From: Cystobasidiomycetes sp. EMM_F5
Taxonomy: Eukaryota
Length of the DNA: 64,000 nucleotides
NCBI GenBank assembly: GCA_051047955.1
Contig: JBPGPT010000012.1
Location: 186,001 to 250,000, forward strand
Reading direction: 5' to 3'
Under the pieces are notes generated by a model. It searched no databases and was not told the origin of the DNA. It saw nothing but the letters and a program-made list of their open reading frames with translations. Within the stretch, counting starts at the first letter, position 1. Each line of letters starts with the position of its first letter. Both the position numbers and the translations under genes were made by a program. Shown piece after piece: positions 1-14,979 of the stretch.

Positions 1-457
1 CTTACACCACGATGCGCCCACCTTGTGTATTGATTTCCGGTAGTTTGGCGAAGTCTTGCTGAATGTGGTATACTTGTCTCTGGCGAGCATTTCGTGCTCC
101 TTAGGCAGAGCTAGTGCGCGGTCCTGGGACAGTGTCGAAAGCCATTAGGCCCTTCCGACCATTTTGTCCTGAGCATAGTCCTCACCAGATTCTTCGACTT
201 TATGCCCGTCGAGTTGAGCACTTCGATGACATTGTCGACTGCCTTGAGCCGGCTTCGGACATTTGCTTTTCGAGTTGGGGACATTCTCCACGGCGATTTC
301 CTGCGCGCCGTATTAGAATGGTATGTAGTCTTCGAAAGCATCACGGTTCTCGACGCAAACGTCCGAGACTGCTGGTCGCCCAATCCAGCCAAAACGGAAC
401 AACTTACCACACAAGCCCACCGCAGCATACTGAACTGGCTCTGAAGGCTCCTAGCAT
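1..457 (-). CDS. MRPL31: Mitochondrial ribosomal protein L31 (mL60), 3' end truncated by window edge; spliced
   Basis: Spliced translation MLGAFRASSVCCGGLVW|KSPWRMSPTRKANVRSRLKAVDNVIEVL...LPKEHEMLARDKYTTFSKTSPNYRKSIHK matches fungal MRPL31 motifs. GTAAGT..CTAAT..CAG intron. Confidence 0.9.
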
Positions 458-666
458 ATTTTCTGCGCTCCAGCCGGCTTCTCAGCTTATTTCTGGCCGT
501 TTTCTGCAGGAATTCTAGTCGTCCACAACCAAAGCCAGCGCCCAACAAAGATTTGGACGCAAACGTGGCTTTTTCCTGTACGCACCGGCCAACAAGTCGC
601 CAGTCTGCTGCAGGCCAGCAATAATACTGACATATTCTGCACACTCGCTACAAGACTGCTGCAACT
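458..666. promoter_or_regulatory. Short divergent (bidirectional) promoter region MRPL31 / Ca-ATPase
   Basis: Head-to-head start codons ~210 bp apart. Confidence 0.5.
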
Positions 667-4331
<3,665 letters not shown>

Positions 4332-4618
4332 GGTGACTTAGAAACGACATAAATTCCAATTCGTCAGGTATACCACGTCGTTTGCAAAGATTGATCAGTC
4401 GCGTAGCGCATATGAATGCATAGCAGAAAGCAAAGAAGGTGTACAGCAGTTATTGACTAAGTTCGCAAACCAGTCATTGCAACAGAAACAGTCAACACGA
4501 GACTACATTGCTGACTGATTCCAGACAGCGAGGCACAGAGAATCAGGCGAGCTAATTGCAGCAATGCCGGCATGTGGCACCCCACGGAAAGTAGCTGAAG
4601 CTCCTCGGATTTAAATTC

Positions 4619-5465
4619 TCAGAAACCGTGGATCTTGATGGTGTCCTTGGCTATATGTGGAAGGCGTCAGGCCGTTGCGCAAAATGATAAGCTGAGCTTG
4701 ACTTACGCAAACCAACATCCTCGATGAGTGTTTGAGAGATCTTGGCGCGTTGATCGCCCTGAAGCTGAATGACCTGGCCGAGATCTTCATCTTCGACGAG
4801 TGTCCCGTTGCAGGCATACTCCTTCTTGAAGTGCTTTAAAAGCTTCTTCGGATCGTACTCGTCTGGAATACCCTGCACAGTCGTGACCGTTTTACGTCCA
4901 TTACGCTGCTGGATGCGAATGTGGATGTACTCTGGCGCCTTTGTAGATTTTGCAAGCGCGTCATGAGTAGCAATCTCATCATCGTCCTCATCTGCGAACG
5001 GATCGTAGGTTGCAAGATTCTGTACTTTGGACGAAGCGCCGCCAGAAGCCTTGCTGGATGGTTCGGTCTTGGATTTGGATGAGACTTTCTTCTTCTTTAC
5101 GGCTGCTGCCTCACCCGAGGTGCCGTCTGCTTTAGCAGCATCTTCTACAGAGGTTCAATGCAATCAGACTTGCCAATAGTCTCGGTATTGTGAATCTGAC
5201 TTACTAGATTCACCGTTTGACTTTGTAGTTGCGGAAATATCTTTAATGTCGAGCTTGCTTGCTAGATCCTCTAGCTTGTCTGCTGTCATGCGGACAGTGC
5301 GTACGCCTCGTTTCAGTACACAGGAAGTTCCTCGACGTCCAGCGTGCAACACTTACCTGCTGGAAGTGACTTGCCCTCGACGGCCGCAACAGCGACCGCC
5401 GACGGCTCTGAGTTTTCTAGAGCAGATGCAGGAGCATGCGCGGCGGAGTCGTTGTTCGAGCTCAT
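4619..5465 (-). CDS. SUI1: Translation initiation factor eIF1/SUI1 with long N-terminal extension (4 exons)
   Basis: NLATYDPFAD, YIHIRIQQRNGRKTVTTVQG, FKKEYACNG, IQLQGDQR, IKIHGF*. Two upstream exons splice in frame through GTAAGT donors. Confidence 0.93.
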
Positions 5466-5758
5466 AAAATGTTGCGCTGGTAGCTGACGCTGGGGGTTGA
5501 TGGGGTAGGATTGGCCTTGAAAGGGATTCAATGGATCCTGCGAGGCCAACTCAGCACTCCTGCGCAATCCCCAAGCCATGGATGACCACATCGTCGTCCT
5601 TTGAATGAGCTCACCTGGGAGGCCAAAAGTGCTGCGCAAGGTGTGGGACTGAGAGTTGGACTGAAAACAAGGTGTGAGCCTGACTGCTGAATTATGACCC
5701 AACAGCGGTGAGTGGCGACAGACCTGGACGAGCTCCAACTCTGCATGAAACGGCAAAC

Positions 5759-6736
5759 ATGTTTGGAAACTACATTCCAGGTGCGCATACTGCTAATAGG
5801 ATTTGATCACCCGAAAGCTGACCATATTTGCACCATCCGCAGGTGCAAAAGCACTAGCCGGGCAGCCAAAGGAGGCTCGCCGCGTCAAAGGCGCTGCCCC
5901 TCCGTCAAAATTCTCGAGAAGCGCACAGAGTGGTCCCAAGGGTTCCGCAGATGTGCGGTGTCAGAATTGCTTGAAGATGGGGCATTACTCGTGAGTTTCG
6001 GTAGGGAGACCATTATACACAGCTGACGATTTATGCCTGCTTCACCAGATATGAATGCAAAAACCCTACCATCTACAAAGTGGGCACATGGTTGATGGCT
6101 AGACGTTCTCAAAAGCGTGTCGTTATTCATGTGACTTCGATTTACAGAGCCGGCCAAGTAGGACGCAACAGCTGCTCAACCCGAAAAAGCGAGACAAGCC
6201 TAGCGTACACACTCCGGCCGAATTCGGTGGATCCGGTGTCCCAGTCACAAATGATAGACCGCTAGCTATTGAAGCGGGCTTAGCTGGGCGCATACTAAAA
6301 GACAAGAAGCGAGAGCGTAAGAGCAAGACGCAGGGGTGAGCCCTTTGAGTGCCAAACCTGTCGTCAGCGACTGACATGTGAAAGTTCTAGTCGCAGCGAT
6401 TCAGAATCTTCCTCATCATCGACATCTTCTTCTTCAGATTCGGATTCGGATGCCAGCGACTCTGATTCGAGCGATTCGGATTCGGATTCAGATTCAGATT
6501 CAGATTCCTCAAGCAGTTCTGAAGATTCGCGGCGCAAGAGGAAGGCGAAGCGAAAGCGGTCTATTTCGAGGTCGAAGTCTCCTTTGCGCCGTCGCAGAGG
6601 CAGCAGTGGTAGCGAGAAACAAGAATCTCGACGAGATATCCGAACCCGACGCAGGTCAAGCACTGGATCCGCGACAAGAGCACATTCTCCACCAAGACGA
6701 AATGATAAAGGGAAAGCTAGAGATGAGGATTATTGA
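5759..6736 (+). CDS. ZCCHC10-like zinc-knuckle protein with Ser/Asp- and Arg/Ser-rich tail (5 exons)
   Basis: Spliced CQNCLKMGHYSYECKNPTIYKSRPSRTQQLLNP (CCHC knuckle plus the family SRPSRTQQL motif), followed by SD repeats and an RS-rich tail. Confidence 0.85.
6436..6508 (+). repeat. Coding hexamer microsatellite (GATTCR)n encoding Ser-Asp repeats
   Basis: Visible gattcggattcggattcagattcagattcagattc run. Confidence 0.8.
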
Positions 6737-6971
6737 TGAATTGGTTTCGGGTGAAAACAGCTGTATCACTATTACGAGGCACACAAATGAAATGCGTTGC
6801 AGAATAGCAGCGAGATGCTATGATATAGTGGATCCGGCGCTGCCTGTCTGCATGTTGTACGACCAATTGGGTCCCCGCTTGTTTGAGGCAACACGACCAC
6901 CCTGTATACGTTTACGTTTCGCCGTTTGCACTAGACACTTCGCACCCCGAATAGATGAGCGGCATTTTATC

Positions 6972-9415
6972 ATGGCACCACGCGCATATGACTGGCCTTC
7001 GCCGTATATTGACAACCTGATTGATGGCGAAGAAGTTTACAATGCACGTCACAGGTCCGGTCTGGTCACGAACGGCCTCTTGCGCAACGCCAAAGCTGAT
7101 GGTCTTGGCTTCTCCTTCCAGCGCTTGATACTGGTTTCCGGACGAGCAGGCCCAGTACAAATAACCTTCGATGGTTGCATAAATGTAGAATCGGTTTGTG
7201 ATGGTTCCGTAGAACCGCCACATCTCCCGCAACAATGGCCCGTTACAGACTCCTACTTCAAAGCACTCGTACCACTCAGTCCTGGTATAAACCGTCTCCG
7301 CTTCCTCTTTGAAGCGCCAGACTCGCTCGGGGGATACTCGAGGAATGATACTGGGACAGACCTTACCGTCACTTATGTACCGCTCACTCAGAACCCGCCC
7401 TTACACTTGGTCATACTTGCGGCACACGATAGTCCATTGACTGTCGACTGTCCGCCAGAAAGACGGCCAGGCCACGAGAAGATTGAGGCCACTATTGCCA
7501 AATTTCAGCTATGGAGTCAGCTTTCGCAGGCTTTCACTGCAGAACAGATGCGGAGAAATGGCCTAGGTAGACGAACGTTTGCTCTTGAAGAGCAAAGTGG
7601 ACCAGACTCACTCGACGCATTTCCGCCGCGGCACAATCGTAGAAGACCAGTAGTACACGTCATCCGCTCGCGACACTCTCTGAGCGAGTTTCGGGATCCA
7701 GATGTGGCACAACAGAATCCAAAGGCCGCCAGAGCTCAAGCTTTACATCAATTTGCAACTGAAGCTATACAAAGTCCCGATGCGCCAGCATGCTTTCGGA
7801 ATCCGAATGGTTCGTACGTTGCCGTTCTTTTATTGGACGCGCACTGGGATAGCCGAAACCGCCTGTTGCTAGGACATGCAGCTCTTGGAGCGGGGGGACC
7901 CATAAGTCCACATCCCAAGATTGGAGTATTCGGCTCTCATTCCTGCTGGAGTTGGCCGCGCACACTAGACGAGGTCGTGCCTGCTTTTATGGACACTAGC
8001 GAAGTGGATGAAAGGTTCGTCGTAAATGATCTTGGCAATGTTGGAACCGCATGGGAGACATTGAACGTCGGGCATGGAGGTAAGCTAGGTCTGAGGCGCG
8101 AGAACAGATGCTTAGACTGATTCACCCTATTCAAGCATTTCTGCACGAATGTGGACATGCTTTGAACAACCCGCATCACAGTAGCGGTATAATGGCTCGT
8201 GGCTATCACGAATGGAACCGCAGCTTCATGACTACAGAAGCAAAGTCCAAGCGGACGAGAACAGACTCATGTCGCCTCATCGTTCCAGCAATGGATGACA
8301 AGGAGAATCATTGGCATCGCATGTCCCTCATGCGATTGCGCTACCATCCTACCATGCGTCTGCCTCGAGATCCGCAGATCCCATACACGTACGATGCGAT
8401 AGCTCCCTCGTTCTCCGTTATAGACGACGGGGTGGTCGTCACCGGCGCTGTCGGCCTGGGTAGCATCGAAGTTCAAGTGGACGGGTCGTACCGTAAACAT
8501 GTGGAATTCCCTTTCTGCGGTCGGCAGAGTCAGCCACCTCCACAGACCTTGCGATTGACAACTGCGGAGATTACCAAGCTTATAGATCGTGATCCCGGTA
8601 GCTGCAAAGTCACCATCGAGGCCATCGGAACGGATCAGCGTCAAGCAGAAATACAAGATTTTGGTGCCTTGTGCAGAGGATCTCGATTAATAGTGCATAT
8701 TACAAGTAACGATCCCGCTGCGCCTATACCTACGGCATCGGTGACGACCAGTTCGAAGCTGAAGCAGAGTCTGGGTAGGCTTACTCATCGCGACTCTCCT
8801 AGCGGTAACGCATCATGTCCAATTCCAATAGTATCGCACGGTGAGGCCAAAGGGCCAGACCAACTGCAGGTAATCAAGGGCATACCCGTTGGGCAAGAAA
8901 AACCGCAGAATCCAGCCTTCATGGTGGTACTGAACTCGTGCCAGCCGACCTCGCCAAAGCTGGTCAAAGTGGACGTGCGTCTTTTTGGGAATGAGCAGCC
9001 AAGTTTGCGTTTGCTGAAGACTCATCATGCAGATACATGCAGGCTTTGCGCTAGACGGTTTCAGACTGTGCTGGTCGGATGGTAGCAAGCAAACAATCGG
9101 ACCTTGCGGGGGAGGGTCTGTGCGATCTTTTGACGTGACGCCGCCGAGCAAGATAGTACGCCTGGTAGTACGGAGTGGTCTATGGATGGATGCTGTATCG
9201 ATAGTATGGGAGCACGGCCAGACTGGGCTTCATGGAGGTGGTGGCGGCGAAGTTCGCATTTTGGGTGAGTACCCTGCGCAAGATCGGTAAGTATGGCTAT
9301 TGGAATACTTACCTTCAAGTATGCAGAACCACCTCAAGGGAGCACTATATGTGGCTTTCACGGTACATCGGGCGGTTGGATGGACAGTTTGGGTCTTCTG
9401 TACACTGCGAGATGA
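6972..9415 (+). CDS. Putative zinc metallopeptidase (YIL108W-like) with C-terminal jacalin-like lectin domain
   Basis: PPLHLVILAAHDSP, QAFTAEQMRRNGLGRRTF, GHAALG, FGSH..WSWP, zinc motif FLHECGHALNNPH. C-terminal GGGGG...ICGFHGTSGGWMDSLG jacalin pattern. Confidence 0.88.
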
Positions 9416-9825
9416 GCTCTGCTGCTCGCTGGGCGGGACAGCGTGCATGCGGAGTGTGTTTTGGACGTTGTGCATTGTATGTAGTCCTGTGTACGCATAA
9501 CTCATCGCGGCTGTTTCGGATAATTTTCCCCACTGCCGCTCGGCACCTCAAATGCTGCTTATGTAACTTGCTATAAAGCGGACGGCCTGCATTCGTACAC
9601 ACTGCAGAAGCGCTTCACGGTCGTCGTGGCTCATTGACACTGGTCGAACAGCCCCTCTGCCTGGCAGTCTGCTCCTCTCGGCTGGGCGTTACCCAGACAA
9701 TGTTCTGAAGTGGCTCAGCCCGACCCATCTGTCAACTTGCAGGACCGCATTGCCGCATATCGGACGTTTACATCCACAGCCAGACTGCCTCTTCTAATAT
9801 AGACCCAGCTCATACGCTCCCGACA

Positions 9826-12449
9826 ATGCCGTCCGCCTATCTGGACGCAATGGAGCCTCAAAACAATCCGCCAGGCGAGATTTCGCAGTCAGCTCCACCT
9901 ACTAGGCCTCACATCGTGACGCAGACCTCGCAGCTGAACCAGCAGCCTGCGAGTACTGGCCCGCCGAATCCCGCTGCCGCAAAGTCGCCTGCTTACCTCC
10001 GCAGCGCAACTTCTGCTACACAAATGACCGCTACGACAGCCGGGCGGTCTGTCGATGGAGAGTCACTGTACGATCAGCAGGATCGAGTAAATTCCAGTCT
10101 GCCTTCTAGAAGACTGTCTCCGCCAAAAGTGTCAAAGGCCACTGCAGCTCGCCGGCCGTCCGTACAGATTCAAAGGCTGCCGTCGGCAATCAGCCTGAAC
10201 TCGGCTGCACGCAATGCAGCAGCTGCCACTCAGTCTGCCAATAGAGGAGGAGGTTCGCTGGCTGGGCGAGACCGCGCCGTCACAATAGCTACACCCGGTT
10301 ATGCTCTCGGCGGTCGAGGTCTAGACGGCCCGCGAAGTGCTTATCCGCGTGTAGGCAACAACGCTCCTGGTCAGAATGACCCCATTGCAGCAGACTACGC
10401 TAGACAAGGGCCAATGTCCGCTCGTCCCGCTGACCAGATCGATCAGAACAACGGCGAATCCACACAGCCAGCCTCCAAAGGTTTCTTCTCGTTCAAGGGA
10501 ACTCCGTTCCGAAAGCGTGCAGCAACAACTGCGACAGCTGGCGAATCTGTACCAGCTCAATCTAGATCTAGAGCTGGGAGTGTGAGCAGTCAGCGAGCAG
10601 CAGCTCGGTCGCCCCTATCAGCAATCTCGTCTGATCGCAACGACGTCTATGGCAACAACGTGGCCGATCTGTTGGATGTATTAGATCCAGAAGTGCAAGC
10701 TCTGAACACTCTGGGCGACATTCAGAATACCTGGTTCATTCCCAATACCGGACTTTTTGATCGCACACGCAAGATTCAGTTGACAAAGCCGCCCTCTGTC
10801 CCCGATACTGCTATTCCAAGCCGTGTAAACAACACATACGCTGACGTTGATGCGGAATTGTCCGCAATTGCAGAAAAGGACGAGTCGAAATCGCTTCCGC
10901 CTGTCCCAGCACCGCCATCTCCAGCAGAAGTTGACGGGCAAGTCAAGGGTCCTGCGCAGCCTGTGGATACCAGCGTCGAAAAGCTCGCCGAACATCGTGT
11001 CGTTCGTGGCGAGTACTTCGTCCTGTCTTCAAAAATTGTAGACATGTCAGATTGGACCGAGCAAGAGCAGGCCGATTTGGATGACTATGTCCGTCATCTA
11101 ATGCATAGCCGAAAGGAAAAGCTGAGAAGGAACAGACGTGCCTTTGGCAAGTATGTGCGGACACGTAAGTGGAGACTCGACGATACGTTGATATGCATCG
11201 AGATTAAGCGCACGCTGCAGCTCTTGGGTGCTTCATTACCGTTTACGCTTCACTTTTGACCTTTTGGGGAGCGGCTTGGGTTCTGTTCCTGTAGGCTTGT
11301 TCCAAACTGACGTATCGGAAGTTGAACCTGGCTTACCAGAACTTTCGTTCAGTATCGGCTGGCTGCCTGCTGGTGATCGCCAGGCATATTTCGTCGAGAT
11401 CTGTGATCAGATCTTGGTCGCCCTCTTCTGCATTACCGGTCGTAAGTCGGTTTTTGTACGGACGTGCCTGCAATCCTAACGCACTTCGTCTTGTCGCAGT
11501 GGGACTGATCCCTTTCCGAATCCGCGACACGTACAATGCTTACTTTGTCATCAAATATCACAAGAAGACACTGAAATTGCGTGAAAAGCGGGGTCTGCCC
11601 CCCTTGTCGGACCGCAACGAATTACCAAACAGTCAAATGCATAATGCGGATCTGCAAGAAGCTGGTCACGGTGACGAAGCCGTCTTATCTGATGAGGAGC
11701 AGGAGAAATTCACAAAGCACCAGATAGCGCTCAATAAATCGCATTGTAGGTTTAGGGCCGCTCCTGTCCGCAAGCAAGCAGGGCTGACGGCTCTTGCAGC
11801 GTACTATCGACCTCACGAAACATTGACCCACCGAGCCTTTCCTATCAGCATCTTGATTGCGATTATATGCCTCACCGATTTCCATTCTTGCTTTCAGTTG
11901 GCCTTGGGCACAAGTACCTGGTCAATCAGCTATCATAATTGGTACAAAAAGATATTGACTACCATCATACTGGTTTTCTCACTGAGCTGCAATATCTCGG
12001 GAGGTATACTTATCGCGGTTGGCAATCGTCTGACGCGGAAAACCGAAGTCGTGGAGGCACTGCTACGACAAGCAATCACCGAAGAGGCTATAGCTAGAAA
12101 GGAAGATGCCGAACGTTACCGGGCTGAGAAACGGATGGAGGCTGCGAGGAATGCCGGTCGCGGCCACAACGACTATCATCGCATAGGCACTTTCCCGCAA
12201 GCAGTTGAAAAATTGTTTCAACCACGCGATTTCGGACATCAGCCCACGCCTCACGATATCGCGAACACGCGTCATCACAGTGATGGACCCACTATAAGCC
12301 AGCGCTTTGCCTCGCTGAGTGATCATCATCGTGCCAACTCTCTGCCTGGCAAGGCGGAAGGACTGCCTACGACTCAAGGCCAGAACCCTGCAGAGGAACC
12401 TTCAACTGCGCATGTGAAGATGATTCCAGTGGCGACCAGTCAGATCTGA
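9826..12449 (+). CDS. DUF2985-type integral membrane protein with disordered N-terminus
   Basis: LLDVLDPEVQALNTL..IQN..FIP, LDDYVRHL, EICDQILVALFCI, GLIPFR.RDTY, YYRPHETLTHRAFP, DFHSCFQ. About four TM segments. Confidence 0.8.
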
Positions 12450-12592
12450 TTGCGGGAAACTCGTGTAGCCATAGATCTTTCTCGACTTTCTCTGTACATT
12501 CTTCATTCTCGTAGACCGGGGACAACGTACGAGGGGTATTAGCGATATATACAGTATTTGGATCGCACCGTAATCTAATGACATGATTACAT

Positions 12593-13779
12593 TTACAACT
12601 TGGCCTTCTGTTGACGCACGACTCCTTCCTGTTGCACAACCACCGCAAGCTTGCCTTGCTGTGTGTAGATTCTGCCTTTGACAAGGCCGCGACCGCTCGC
12701 GACTGCAGCTGTTTCCATTACAAATAGGAGCCAGTCTGATGCATCGACGTCCCTGTATAAAATGTATCAGCACTATAAGCTCCTGGCCTGCGCGCACACT
12801 GACTCATAAAAGTGCATGGAATGGTCCAAACTAGCCATCATACCTAGTCTTGGTTCTCTTGTCGAATGCAACCCTACGGCCTGTGCAGAAATTTCACGTT
12901 GGCTGTATCTTCGGCGAAATGTTCTGGGAGACCACGCTTACCCTTGCAGCGGTACCAATGAAGGAGAAGTCGCTGGCATAGGCTAATACACACTTATGCA
13001 GAAGATCACCCGGCGGTACCTTGTCTCGACTTCTAAACCAGATCGCCTGCTGTGACGCTTTTATGCCTTTTGGCATGTCGGCAGGCGATGTACGGGCTTG
13101 CGGATATGCATTTCTAATTTCGATTGACGATAGCCGGCGTTCCTCGGCGGTGTTGAGAAGATACTCTCGCAGTTTGCCCGTCATTGTTGGATTTGACGAA
13201 ACGAGGCTCATCATTCCGTCTTCGAGAGGAACGCACTCGTCAGGCCCAGGCAGGCTTGAGAAGATATCTCCCGCTGCTGTCAAAGAATCCGCATCTGTCT
13301 GGAACCGCGGTTGATCCATTTCTGGCCGTTGGAAGCTTGCCGACAGTATCAATATAGCTTTGCCCCGCTGCACCGCTCGCACAGACCGAGTCGCATATGA
13401 CCTTCCTTCTCGGACCCGCTCGACGATGTAGAGCACAGGAATATCGACATTACCAAAAGATAAGAAGTATGCGTGGAGCGAGTGTAGGTGTAAAGCTGGA
13501 TCGACTGTATTCCCAGCAGCACGTGTGGCTTGAGCGAGCGTGTTTCCACCGAATACGCCTCTAGAAAGATAGTAAAGCACTGGTCAAGAAGTGCTTCGCT
13601 GTGTCGACTGCTACTAGCCATTACCTCCCAGTCAAAGGTTTCCATAATCTTACGCTTCGAAAGATGTCTGTATCAAGCTGCTCCAGTTCGAGCGCTGAGG
13701 CAGAATCACCAGTCAGTCTTGGCCCGACACGATATGGAATCCACTTACCTTCCTCGATGAGTTCTGATGACCGCGACAT
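12593..13779 (-). CDS. Peroxisomal acyl-CoA thioesterase (TES1/ACOT8, TesB-like)
   Basis: RGVFGG, HSLHAYF, VERVREGRSYATRSV, LAYASD, SLDHSMHF, SGRGLVKG, QEGVVR. Ends QQKAKL* (PTS1 tripeptide AKL). Confidence 0.92.
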
Positions 13780-14518
13780 GGCTCGCTGCTGCAGTTGCGG
13801 GCGCGCTCATATGCCAACACCTGAAAAGAGTGCATCACTCATATTTTGACCCTCCTTGACGCCCGGTCGAAATTGAAGCCGACCCGTCGGCGAAGATATA
13901 TACCGCCCAGCTTTGCTAATGCTTGCACTGATGCACACAGATCTGACATGCAGTCATCACCGCGTGTCATCCTGCCACAGTGTAGGCTGCCAGTTTCATG
14001 CTCGCAATCACCACACTCCCGGTCGGAAATCGAGTTCCCATACTGACGAGTCAGCTTCGTTAAGCATACAGTGGTAATGAGTTGGTCGATCTAGCAACAA
14101 GTGCTCCATGATCTGGATCAAGTTCTAAACTGACTACAACAAAGCCTATAACATTGATATTGACGGCCCCAACCGTGCAGCCTTCTCAGTCGATAGCCCT
14201 GTGTGTGTGTTGCCAGCCATGGTGGGATTCTACATACGAATCGCTTATGATTGACGACACTTCCGAGGAGGTCCTTCAGTCTTTGAATGGGTGCTTCTGG
14301 AGATCGCGGTCGCCGTCCGGACAGTGGGCAAACAAATCCGGAAACAAGGCGAGACGGCCTGTGCGATGGTCAAGCCGGACTACAGACTTGGGCATCCGTA
14401 GTCTAACCGCTCAAAATGGTTATAGCCTTGAAGCAATCAAAGGGTTGTTACCGTGGGATTGTCCCGACAGTAGCCAGTACCAGAATGCTGCCGTACTCCC
14501 TTGCGCTCAACCTTTTCG

Positions 14519-14560
14519 CACGTCAACTCTGGACGCTGACGTAGCTAGACGCTGACGTAG
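14519..14560 (+). promoter_or_regulatory. Direct repeat GACGCTGACGTAG x2 plus an inverted TGACGTG: clustered CRE/ATF-like cores
   Basis: 13-bp exact repeat at 14532-14544 and 14548-14560, and CACGTCA at 14519-14525, about 420 bp upstream of the HAD phosphatase ATG. Confidence 0.4.
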
Positions 14561-14979
14561 GGTAGACTGATACTCAGCTCTTGCAGGACTCAGAGGCTGG
14601 TCAGTTGCTTCTTCTTCTACGCACATTTGACCCGCCATTCATGCAGCTGCCCGCCTATTGATTGGGTAACCTGCCCACGTCTCTTCTCTTCCCCCATTTC
14701 AACCCAACAGCAAATCGCTTGTTTCCTCACAGTCTCATATTGCTGCCTCGCGCTTCGGGAGCTCCACTCAGCGCGTCCAAGACCTCTCAATCGCATCACG
14801 TGCCTCTTTCCCCGGTGAATTTCCAGATCGCCGAGAGCAGCAATTTCACCGAAGGTCGTTGCGTCACTAGAATTTTCGACGTGACAGCTGCTCGAGGGAT
14901 ACGGAAAAAGTCAATCGAGGTTGAGACAAGCTTTGCTCTCCGACGAAAAACAACTTGAAGACAGGACATCGCCAGCAAC

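Noticed and set aside
6378..6971. N-terminal ~200 aa of the 580-aa ORF (IRIRIQIQIQ repeat)
   Set aside because: It is an off-frame reading of the zinc-knuckle gene's SD-repeat exon plus intergenic DNA. The peptidase most plausibly starts at ATG 6972.
14071..14137. Possible box C/D snoRNA (GTAATGA ... CTGA with a short terminal stem)
   Set aside because: Box C is mismatched and I could not identify an rRNA-complementary guide. A snoscan or Infernal search would be needed.
13846..14958. Short ORFs between the thioesterase and the HAD phosphatase
   Set aside because: No recognisable motifs or coherent splice structure. More likely promoter and UTR sequence.
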